Assembly (NCBI GenBank): GCA_965603825.1
Contig: CBFDEM010000044.1
Coordinates: 310,001 to 374,000, forward strand
Reading direction: 5' to 3'
Length of the DNA stretch: 64,000 nt
DNA from: Blepharisma stoltei ATCC 30299
Taxonomy: Eukaryota; Protista; Ciliophora
The notes below the pieces were generated by a model, which was not told the DNA's origin, ran no database searches, and was given only the letters and a program-made list of their open reading frames with translations. Below, piece after piece: positions 47,978-59,551 of the stretch (the first letter of the stretch is position 1; each line of letters starts with the position of its first letter). Both the position numbers and the translations under genes were made by a program.

Positions 47978-49933
47978 TTAATACAATTTTTTCTTCAGCA
48001 GAGGAGGTGGAGAGTCATCTAATACATACTCCGGCTTGCCTTCAGCATGTCTTTGTGCTTCTTCTTCCCAATAGGCTAAATTATTGAATATATTGTTTGT
48101 ACAAACTTTAATCTCCAGCTCATCTTGATCTTGCCCTTCATTATTATTAATCACAAATTCTTCATAACACTCAAATAATGGTTTTGCTAGAAAATTCAAA
48201 AATCCCATCTGCGATCTTGACACTACAATATTATTTCTATCGCACAGAGGTGTCACACTCATTCCCTTCTGTCTTTCTGTGTCTCCTTGTCTGAAAAACT
48301 CTTTCGTAATAAGCCCTGACCATATTTTATGCAATTCTAGCGTTTTCGATCCATGTCCGATATCTGCACATTTCAATGTAGTTTGCAAAGCTAGAATTCT
48401 GAATTTTTCATCTTCATATTTTGCACCATTTTTCACACAAGTTTTGAATTCATTGAGAACGTCGTAATGTCTCTGTAAATCAGTGGCAAGGATAGACATG
48501 ATGACGACTTTTCTGAATCTTAGATAGTCAGCTCTTGATAGTTTACTGATAATATTGCAATCATCTCTTCTTAAAATTTTGAAGGTTGCACAGCTGTGCA
48601 TATTTTCCAAAACACTTTGGTCGTTATATTTTAAAGCTAGCTTATCATCTTTTGCAACTAGAAATGCATTGTTGAATCCTGGATGGCCAATATCATGGCA
48701 TAATGCTGCGACAATTAAAGAAAATACATCAATTGATAGCAAATTTCCACATCTTCCTACACCTTCTCTGATTAGGAATACAGTTGAAGCTGTAACATCA
48801 GCAGAATGCAAAGAGTTATGATAATAATTTGTAGCGTTGTAAGATCTCTCCACGTTTGTAAGAAATCTCAATAAATTTTCACTGTCAATGTGAAACTCTT
48901 CAGTTAAACCTAATGTCTCAAAAACATAAAATCCAACTTCAAAAGCTGGCTTATCAGTTAGTTCTAGCAGCCCAAGGGTATCGAAATCCCAAGTTCCTAT
49001 TGTTTCTAAGTGGCCGCCTAAATCTTCATTCTCTTCGACTGTGCTCCTCATAACACTCATTTTTGATAAAGCAATGCTAGGCTTTGTGCTAGCTCTCTGG
49101 GTCTCAAATATTTTTTCTGATTTTTCCCCTGTATTTGAGAATGCTTGTGTATACCTTCGTTTTGCTTCAATACTTACATTAGCAATATCATTTTCTTCTT
49201 TTGGCTTTGCCTGAGGCCATAAAGCTGTCTCAGTAGTGACTAAGTTGTAGATGATATCTTTGATTTCTTCAGAAGAAAGCCAAAATCTCGCATCTAAAGG
49301 CTCATTTCCTTCAGTGTTATTAAATCTATCCCGGTTAACAAATTTTATGTCAGGATCGATTTCTTTTTTTGCTTCTAAATTATCTAATTCCATAGAATCT
49401 TGCCTCGATATTGACTTGCTCCCATTGCTTTCCTGCATCAATTTCAATTTCTTTACTATTCTTCTTATCCTCATTGAAAGATTTGGTTTATTGTTATCTC
49501 GTTCTTTTGAAGCTGCAAGTTCAACTTGCAGCTCTTCCAGCTTTGTATGGAGTTCAGACTTATTGTAACTATGATAAGTTTGGCATGAAGTGTGAATAGC
49601 AACTAAAACTATCAGAATTGATAGTTCAACTTGCATCCGATTACTTGTAGTTTTTAAGAGAAATCATAAAGTTAGCTTGATAATAATGTTTTTGGGCTCA
49701 GATTCTTCAATTGGAAAAAGAAAAGTCGATAGAATGAGCCCAATTTCGAAAATGGTAGGATCTGAGGTAGTAAAATAGAAGATAGAATAAGTTATTAGAT
49801 TTTCAGGTACTGGAAATTTGAAACATGACAGAGATAGCAGGATTATAGCTTTGGATAGTGATAGCAAATCAAATTTTGATAGAAAAATTATAGAGCCTAA
49901 CACTTGGTATATGCTAGCTTTGCTTCTGATCAT
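47978..49933 (-). CDS. Class I cyclic-nucleotide phosphodiesterase with a hydrophobic N-terminus
   Basis: YHNSLHSADV, HDIGHPG, LENMH, ILATD, CADIGH, EFFRQGD, SQMGF. TGA 49664 links the TM-like N-terminus (ATG 49933). Confidence 0.93.
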
Positions 49934-50514
49934 TTTATTAAAGATATTACTTAGAAATTCATAAATAAATATAAATTTATATAGCATGAAATTAAACCCG
50001 CATTAAATATAAATCATAAATTTGTTAGATAATATACTCCAGAACTTAAATTTGAGCCAAATAAGCTATTTTTGAAATTAAATTTTCAATTGATAAATTT
50101 AATCGAATTTCATATTTATAAGTAATCTTGAAAATTAAATTTTGGATGCCGGCTCATTTATTTCTAGAAAACATTTATTTAAATTTATTGAAATTATAAT
50201 TCCAGAGGAGTTTTTTTTTGTTGATCAAAAATATATAATATTCTTATGTCTTATATTGAGACCTTATTGATACATAGATAACTTAGATATTTTCCATCCA
50301 CTTAATAATAATTTTATTTAATAGCATTAATTTACATAATTTACAATTGCATAGCAATATATTTAAGAATAGTTTTGTTTTATTTTGCTGACTCTTTTCG
50401 GTCTTTTTTTATTTGTCTTTAAACAATTCGAATCTTTCATAATTTATATTAAAGGTACCAAGGTTGGTTTAATTTATCGAACTTAGATGTAATGCATTTT
50501 TAACAATATAAAGT

Positions 50515-51069
50515 ATGGAAAGAGAAGAATGGTAATATTAATTTAGTGATTACAACTATAAATTAATTCTGCTTGGAGATTTTGGAGTTGGAAAAACCAC
50601 TTTTTTTGAAAAATATTCCCATAAAACATCACCAAGGTCCTATAGTGATTCTTTTATTGTATTGTTTATTTAGAATTATAAAATAATAGAGCACTGCGAT
50701 ATCAAAATAAAAATTCAACTCTGGGATACAAGCTCAATAGAAAGATTTCGAAAAATATTGCCAGGTTCACACTATAGGAACGCAGATGGTGCTTTAATAT
50801 TTTATGACATAAGTAATAGAAAATCTTATGAAAGAGTTATCAATTGGTGAAATGATCTTTCAGTCAATACTCCGCTTGCTTTACCTTGTATATTGATAGG
50901 GAATAAATGTGATTTAAGAAATAATCGAGAAGTTTCTTATGAAGATGGGTCAAAATTAGCTCAAAGATTAGGAATTTTCTTTATGGAAATGTCAGCGATT
51001 ATGAGATTGAATGTGAACAAAGCATCATCAGTTTTAATTTCATATATCAAGCAACGTATTGACCTTTAA
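50515..51069 (+). CDS. Highly divergent Rab-like GTPase (3 exons; absent from ORF track)
   Basis: Introns 50532-50546 and 50659-50673 give DYNYKLILLGDFGVGKT, IQLWDTSSIERF, YRNADG, GNKCD, EMSA. One TGA; TAA 51067. Confidence 0.85.
50532..50546 (+). other. 15-nt intron
   Basis: GTAATATTAATTTAG. Confidence 0.87.
50659..50673 (+). other. 15-nt intron
   Basis: GTATTGTTTATTTAG. Confidence 0.85.
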
Positions 51070-52198
51070 TATGCTAAAGCGATTTTGATGTATGGAGACT
51101 TGATATTTTCAACTTTTATGTGTCAAATGCTTTCCCAACGATAATAGAGATTATACTTTATTAATACTTAATATTATTTTTCGTGAGCATATGCATAATA
51201 ATTAAATCAAAATAAAGGCAAATCAAGGTTATAAAGTAGATTTATAATTTAAACAGCTCATCCTTAGTTCGATTTATTTTAGATATTGATAATTTAAATT
51301 AGAATAAATTTTAAAAATCATTTCATTAGATCCTCAAAAGCTGAGCAACGCTCAGAAAAACTGAAACCTATGAATACTTAGATAGACATAGTTTGCGGAG
51401 CTAATCACTCTATTAATCTATTCTTATTTATTGTAATTTTGATGAATTTTTCTTAAAATATATAGATCACATTGGTATAGAAATTCCCACCGCTCTTACT
51501 AAAAACATTTTATAAGTTGGAACTGATGAAAATCTCAATATAAATAACTGATAATAGCCATATATTATTGAACATTATATTTCTTGATTTTAAGATGACT
51601 CAATTTTCCTTTTTGAAACCGAATTTGGTATTGAAGAAGACTTGAATAGTTTTTATTCTAAACCATATTTGATGCCAAAAATTGTTAGTTTGCACATTTT
51701 CTTAGGTACTATCTTATGCAATATTTTCAATTCAAAATTCATTTATTTAAATAACACATCTTAAATATGAAAGATAATATATGAATTCTAAATCTCACCA
51801 TTTTCAATATGGATTGCTAATGAAACGACTATAAAAATGCAAATTTAGCATTATTGGGAGAAATATCTTTCATAATTTTTATTTAACAAATTAACATTTG
51901 GATTATATTTATAGCTTGACTGACATTTAAGTTAAGAATATAATTCCTTTAGAAATTTCATATTGTATAATAGGAAAATTAAAATAATATAAATCATTAC
52001 TTCTATAGCTATATCATACTGCTTTAATCTCTCTTCCTAATGAAATTCTGATACAAATTTCTTCATTTTAATTTCTAATAAGAAGCTCTCTAATATTATT
52101 TGGCAATCAGACACATAAATATCGAGTGAATTATTATGGTTTCAGCTTAAATGCATTAAATTTTCATCTTTGCTTGCAAGAACTGCTTTTCAATAAAT

Positions 52199-52918
52199 AT
52201 GTGTTTGATCACACAGAGCCCTGAGCTTTGCCAACATCCAGAGTGCCTTTTTTTTTATTCAGCCTTTGCCCAAGGTTTGTTCTCCTTTATTCAATCCTCA
52301 TCATTTGAGCATGCCTACTCAATCATTGACAATCAAAATACGATGCTGCGAATGATAATTAACAAGAATTTAGAGACTGAAATTCTTCTTAATCAGGTTT
52401 ACGTGGAGGCCCAACAACTAGCTGTATTCTTGTCCAATCCCCGGCACTCTGAAATTGTAGTCGAGCAATCATATGATTCAAGTGAGGTCTTTAGATTATT
52501 AAGATCACGCAGCAATTTCCAATATTCACTGCATTTGGAATCAACACTGCCATCAGTGCTTTTCAAAGAACGAAGATTTACATTAGAAGTCTCTCTAAGG
52601 AATGTTTCCAACGAAATAGTATTTTTAAGCAGCCATACCCGGTTCAGAGTACTACTCTTCACGTCTGACGAGGAGCCAAGACTACTCAAATGCAATATCA
52701 GCGGGAAAAAAATCCTTCGAGGTACGACAGAAGCAGAAATAAGTGAGACGGGAATTGTCAAGTTTGAAAATATGGTCATTAATGAAGTAAGTAGCCACTA
52801 CACAAATGAAGTGTTTTTATTAGTAGTGATATGTCTAAGCAGTAGCGACATCAAGCCTCTTGTAATTACTGATGTAAATGTAAAAGCTAGAACAATGCAG
52901 AAGAAAAATCAAAAGTAA
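52199..52918 (+). CDS. Hypothetical protein; possible beta-sandwich (CBP60/velvet-like) DNA-binding domain
   Basis: 239-aa ORF with a beta-rich C-terminal domain and a basic tail. The fold call is inference. Confidence 0.75.
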   Translation: MCLITQSPELCQHPECLFFYSAFAQGLFSFIQSSSFEHAYSIIDNQNTMLRMIINKNLETEILLNQVYVEAQQLAVFLSNPRHSEIVVEQSYDSSEVFRLLRSRSNFQYSLHLESTLPSVLFKERRFTLEVSLRNVSNEIVFLSSHTRFRVLLFTSDEEPRLLKCNISGKKILRGTTEAEISETGIVKFENMVINEVSSHYTNEVFLLVVICLSSSDIKPLVITDVNVKARTMQKKNQK

Positions 52919-53227
52919 GAAGGATGTATGCTATGAAATACATATTACTACTTAATATAATTTTTATAAATAAATTCTTAATAGCTCTTCTTGCCAAATT
53001 TTAAAAATATCTGGCTAGAAAATTTGTTTCAAGCGCCTTTTGATATAAATATTAATTACTGATTCTCATCGAATTAATAGGCACAATGAAAAATGTAATT
53101 TTTTTATCTGATAAGTATATATATCTATAGATAGAAATTTTAAATTTAATCATATAACACAGATTTGGTTCTGATTAGCATCACTAAGCATATTGCCATT
53201 TTCATTTCCTATAAGTCCACACACTTA

Positions 53228-54157
53228 ATGTTGCAGAACTCGAGAAAGCCTAAACCTGGCTGGAGACAACTAAACTTCAAATATATGATGTGTGTCCCGA
53301 CAGCAAAATGTGCAGCAATTCTCTTTATCATCCTCTTTGCAATATCTTTGATTTTTGGTTCTGTTCTTCTCTCTACATCATACAGCATAGTAGAATACAG
53401 CAAAAGGTACGACGATATTTGCCATAATAATGAGGATTGTACAATAGAAATTAGTATATCAGATTCAATGACTTCTCCGGTATTTCTTTACTATGAGCTG
53501 CACAATTATTATCAAAACCATAGAAAGTACGTGAAGTCATCATGCCAGCTGCAGCTGGCAGGAGAAAAAGTAAGTGAAGATGATTGCTCAATGTGTGAAC
53601 CGCTTACAAAGGTAAAAGACTATGATTATCCTTTGTATAATTTGAATGGGCAGCAATTAAATAAAACTCAGCTTGCCAACCCATGCGGATTAATAGCTGC
53701 AAGTTTATTTAATGACACCTTTGCAATAAAAAAAGACAGTGAAATCATTGATATTGACTCAGGCGATATCGCTTGGTTTACAGACAACACCAATAAGTAT
53801 AAAAACAGAAAAGACTATAAAGAAGTACAGTTTTTAGATGTAGAGAAGCAGCATTTTAAAGTCTGAATGAGAACTGCAGCAACTTCTACGTTCAGAAAAT
53901 TATATGGGAAAATCAATAAGGATCTAAAGCACACTTATAATGTCACCATTCACAATTTGGTAGACGTAAGTGAATTTGATGGAGAAAAGTGGATCATTTT
54001 GAGCACTGTTTCTACTTTTGGAGGGAAAAATTTAGTATTAGGATGGAGTTTTATATCAGTTGCTGTGGTGAGTCTTATATGAGCAATTGTGTTTATCTGG
54101 CTTGGAAAGAATTTAAAGCCAGTTTCAATTGAAGATAGATTTAAAAAGCTAGAATAG
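53228..54157 (+). CDS. CDC50/LEM3 family protein, second paralog (intronless)
   Basis: YYQNHRKY, NPCGLIAASLFNDTF, HFKVW(TGA 53864)MRTAA, FGGKN. TGA 54080; TAG 54155. Confidence 0.93.
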
Positions 54158-54255
54158 TGTAGTATAATTATTTTCAAACAAATAATTTCGCTGTAGATTT
54201 AAACAATAATTTTATGGACTTAATATACATTATCTCGATTCATACCATAATTTAA

Positions 54256-57200
54256 ATGTCTGAAAAGTTCAATTCTTACCCAAGTTTGCCACCAGAGATC
54301 CAAAATTCAATTCACGGCATTTTAAAAGTTCTTTTAGGGAGTGTAGTTTGACTTGATCCTCCTTATAATCCTGAAGGTCTTCTTTTTCGAGTTAAATTCT
54401 GGGGTGAGAAAACACCTGGGATAATTTTGAAGCCAAAAAGCACCAAGCAAGACTCTATATCCAATATCGCAATTTATACAATTAGATGTACTCAGCCAAT
54501 ATTCACAAATTACCTTAATGATATGTCAACCCTTACTATTGATACTATGGATGCACAATGGCGGCTTATTGGACAAATACATATTAACGTGAGACTTTAC
54601 ATTAAAAGAGATCCAGTCATGGCCAAAGGAAAATTAGCCTCGAACTCAGGGTTTGCAAATCTTGAGGTTGATGGAGTCTTTCCTATATTAACATGTGAAA
54701 ACGAACCGAGGAAAATAGGAGAAATTGAAATCAAAGCTTTTACAAATTATCATGGATGGGAAAATGAAAGGACTAGTAAAGAAGTACTAGCTAGTTTTGA
54801 GATGAATGAATTAAAAGCAAGGTTTGAAGATCCGATTGGTAATATTGAAGAAAGAAAAGTTCAAGACGATGACAGAATCCCAAATTCTTATGCAAATAAG
54901 AATAGAGGAGAATATAATAAAGAAAAATTAGATGAAATGAAGCTTGAAATCGAAGGAAAAAACATAGAAATATATAAGAAAAACGACCCTTCAAAAATTT
55001 TTGTTCCCAAAAGTTCATTAAAAAAGATCCCAAAACCAGAGCATGCTGTAGATGAAGAAGTAAAAGCAACAGAGAAAAATATTGAAAAAGATATTAATCC
55101 ACCAAGTTTAAGTACTGAATGAGAGAAAGTCAAAGCCAAAGGAGATTCATTGAAAGCTAAACTTTTAGTTGCAAAAGCAGAAGAAATAGCATTAACTACA
55201 TCAGTAGAGCAATCCAAAATAGATGAAGGAAGAATTCCTAGTGTTCATGAAGTAGAAGCAATGATGTTACCAGAAGACATTACTGTAGCCAAACTTCCTG
55301 GGCCTACTGATATTTTTGAAGTTCCAGAACGCGAAAAGAAGCCATTTTCTGACCTAACATCTATGAAACATCTCAAATTATCAATTTCCACTCTTACACT
55401 TCTAATCGACAAATCAGAGCTCAAAGACAAATCATTATTTTTAGAATGCATAGTTCCAGTTCCAACATTAGTTCAAAGGACTCCATCAGAAAAACTTCAA
55501 AATTCTCCTATTTCTATCTTCATGGATTCCTTTAAAATTACCAATAAAAATATCTCAAATAACCTCTATACTTTTAACCACGAATCAGTGCACCATTTAG
55601 GTCTAGGAGAAGGCATCTTTGGAAAATTAGCCAACCAAAATATTAGGATAAAGCTCTGCACAAGTGAAACAAAGGAAAAGCCTATTGAGCTAGGAAGGGC
55701 TGATATTTTGTGGGAAAAAATTCTGCTCGCTCCAGGATTTATTTATTCAGAAACAATTGATTTGATTGGAGAAGATAAAAATCCAAGGGCAAGGAAAAAT
55801 ACAAAAGCTAGAGTTATAGGGAGGCTAAATGCGTCATTTTTTATGGTTAGTGATGAGAATAAAGATTTGAAAATTGCAGAGGCGAATAAAAAAGAAGAGG
55901 TGAAGGTGGAAGAAAAGCATGAAGAAATTTTAAAAAATTATAGCTCCGAAAAGCCAAGCCAAGAACTAGAATTCAAATCGTTTCAGCTTTATTTATATAT
56001 TGAAAGTGTAAGCCAAGTTGTCAGATCAGATGGATCATTACCAAATATTTTCATAAACTATAAGACATTCCCTGATCCAGAAAAAATTTCAACACCAGTT
56101 TTTTGGGAATGCGATGAAACTAAAAAAATTAATCATAAAATGATGATCCCCATAACAGCTACAGAAAGTATAGTATCAAAACTCAGAAATGCCTTTATAA
56201 CTCTAGAAGTTTGGGATAAAATAAGTACAGCTAAAGACGAGCTGCTTGGTTTAGTAAAGCTTCAATTGAACTTTTTCGCAACTGCATTATCTTCAGGAAA
56301 TCTCGCTCTTTTTAACAGTGTTTATCCTATAATAGCTGTTGATGAATACAGGCCAATAAATAATTTAAGAACTGCAAAAGATATAGGGTACTTAAGAGTT
56401 TGCCTTGCATTAGGAACACCTGCACAAGTCCACAGGCTGCATTTATCACAAAGTAATGCTGATAATAACTCAGAAAAATTCTCCTTTACCAATAAAAGGC
56501 AAGACAAAAAAGAGCAGGAAATCGAAGTCAAAGTGTATGAGGAAAAAAATTGAAACCAAAAAACATCCAAAAAAGAAGAAAAAAATGAGTGGGACATAGA
56601 AAATGTGAAAGGAAAGCAAGATAAAATAGTAACAGAAAGCATTGAAAGTATTGGAGACATTGCTGCATTCTTAAATACAAAACCACAGCAAGAAACTGTA
56701 AAAGAGTCTCCTGTAATAGAATTGCCAGTAAAAGTTGAACCTCAGCCATTAGCTGAGCTTCCAAAACAATCTCCAAAAATTGAAAAAATATTCGAAGAGC
56801 CAAAAATGCAAGAAATTCCAAAAGAAAAAACAAAGGAAGAACTCGTATTTTTTATTAAAAAATGTTTAGATATAGAAGAAGTTAGCATAGAAGAAGAGCT
56901 TAAAATTGTAGACAGGTTCAATCACCGTTTCATTCATAGTGAAAATTTTTCACACCTTCTACAAGAACTTAGGCTAGGAATACCCCCGAATGACATCCAA
57001 GCTTTAATTGACCTTATCATCTCAGAAAGTCCTGAAACATCGAATAAGCGGAGAATCCAATTTATTGACATTTTCCATACTCTTGGAATTCAGCCTAAAT
57101 CTTCAAATACAAAACATTCTTTTTCACTTACCTTAAAAGATATTTTTGCATGCCCATTTCTTACAAAGCTTCCTAACAAATCTACTTACCTCAAATATTT

Positions 57201-59358
57201 ATTCCCTAAAGAAGAAACATACATGGAGTCTGAGCTTTTAGAGGCTAACAATTCAGTTTCAATTAATATAAGCTCGCTTCATTCCTTTACATTACCGAAT
57301 CATTCAGATATTTCTGAGTGCTTTTCTTCTGAAGATGAAGGAATTATTATTTATTTGTGTAGAAATGTTTCAAGGTCTGAAGACCAAGTTATTGCGAAAG
57401 CGGTATTGCCTATAGAAGAGTTAGTAGATCTTGAGCCTAATAAAAAAATCACAAGAGTGGTGTGCTTATACGGGGATAGAAATATTAAGGTAGAAAGCTA
57501 CTTGAATGAAGTCATAGGGAAAATAAGGCTAGTTATTGAATATAAGCAGTCAATGACATTTGATGATCCTGGGAAATCAGTTGAATTAGTTTATGAAAAA
57601 CAAACACAAATTGATAGAGTTTTACCACGGCAAAATATGCTGACCATTTTTATTGAAAATTTAGGTGATTTAAGCAGAGCTCAAAGGTATTTAAAGAACC
57701 TTGGAATTGAGATTGACCAAAAATGCAAAGTAAAAGTCTTAGTCAACATTTTCTGTGAAGATGAAAGTTTGAACAAAGAATTTGGAGTTTTGGAAATTGA
57801 TGAACGTGATTTTGGTGAAAATGTGAGCATAAGAGAAAAATATCAAATAGAAATGACACTTAACAGTGAAATTTTGAATTATTTGAAAAATAAATCAGCC
57901 ACGATCAAAGTAATTTTAATATCAAAATCCTATGAAGAGATCACTTTGGGAACCACAAAAATATCATTGATTCCATTGCTTTTGCATTCAAACGCAGCAG
58001 GAGAGTTTGCATTATTGAATGAATATGGACAGTTTATGGGATATATAAATATTTCATTTTCATTTCAGATTGATGATACAAGGCCTCAGTCCCCAGAGCA
58101 ATTAGAAATTGCTGAAGAGCCTAAACCTTTAAAAAATCCAAATCTTCCTGATCTTGAGCCTTTGCCGACTCTTATGATAGAGGAAGAGCCAAACACTAGT
58201 AAGGTTCAGCTAACAATAGAGTCAGCAATGCATCTCCCTAAAGAAATTAACGGTGAAATTTCAAATCCATTTATTCAGTTCAAATGGTTTGACTCACAAA
58301 CGTACAAAACTCCGCCAGTTTTGAGATCTTCTTGCCCTTCGTGGAATTCATCACACACTTTAAATATTCCGCTTGACTCCTCTAAGCTGAGAAAGCCAAT
58401 TATTTTTGAAATATGGCATAGATCATTTACTAATCATTCTGATACAAAATTAGGAGAGTGCGAGGTCGATCTTTCTGCACTTATGGTTGTCGATCAAATT
58501 GATGGTTGGTATCATATAATGGATTCTTTTAAGAGTTCTGGGCAGCTAAAAATCAGGATAACTCCAACTGAAAATCTGTATGAAAAAATTACAGGAAAGC
58601 AAAGAAAAAATTCAAGAGCTCCTAGTCCAGCCCCAAAGCTCAGGGAAATTGAAGAAAAGCCAAAGAAAAAGAACGTCTACGAGGAGAGAATTAGCCTAAT
58701 AAGTAAAAGTTTGGAAAATGAAAATGATGAAGAAATTTATCAGAAACATTTAGAAAATATGAGAACTCTAGAAAGTATCACTCATAATTACGGGTCATGG
58801 GGATTGAATAGAGATCGCTCACCACCAAGAATAGAGCAAGATAAAGCAGCTTTCAGACATACATCTCCTTTGAGAAAATCTAGAGTTTCTCCACCAAAGT
58901 ATTTTGAAGAAGCTGAAGAAAAACAAAGGCAGTATAACTTTTCTGATATTTGGAAAGAAAATACCAATTTAGCACCACATTATTCTGAAGAAATTGCTCA
59001 TGTAGAGCCTCACTATGGCAGAGAATTTATAAAATATGAAGAGGAAGAAAAAAAATTAGACAGTGATGAAGAATGGGACCAAAATAAAATTAATGATATC
59101 TTGAGCTCAATCGAGGAGGCTACAAAACTAGCTGACCAACTTCAACAAGATCAGTATCAGCTTCCTATTGAAGAAGAAAAAAAGCCTGAAGAAAGCCATA
59201 TAAGAGCATATAGCTCTGATTATCGAGAACCAACACTATTAAGACCTCCTGGCAGAATAAGTCCAACGAATTTAGTAAAAAATCCACTGCCAAACATGAT
59301 GGTTACTGATTCAGAAATCTCAAGAATTGCTGCAATTATGAAAGGAAAGATGTCTTAA
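54256..59358 (+). CDS. C2CD3: C2CD3-like centriole/basal-body distal protein (about 1700 aa)
   Basis: N-terminus SLPP..VVW(TGA 54349)..RVKFWGE and YLNDM, LEVWDK..LLGLVKL, YPII, LALGT..QV, and a C-terminal C2 (IDGWYHI..GQLKI). Single frame through TGA 55120 and 56551. Confidence 0.85.
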
Positions 59359-59551
59359 TAAACTAAATTAATTATTTTCATTTAATAAAATCCACATTTT
59401 GATGAAAATCTCTTATAGTAAATGAAGGTCAATATATATGGAAAAATTATATATTAATAAATTTCTCAGCATTTAATAAAAAATTCAAAAATTATAAATA
59501 TTATATAATCCATCAATTATGGTAAATTCTAATAATTTAATAAAATAGAGA

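Noticed and set aside
51341-51355. Small hairpin CTGAGC-AAC-GCTCAG
   Set aside because: A 6-bp stem is too short to distinguish from chance.
59519-59551. Upstream ATG plus a 27-nt GT..AG as an extra kinase exon/intron
   Set aside because: Does not fit the strict 15-nt intron size, and ATG 59552 suffices.
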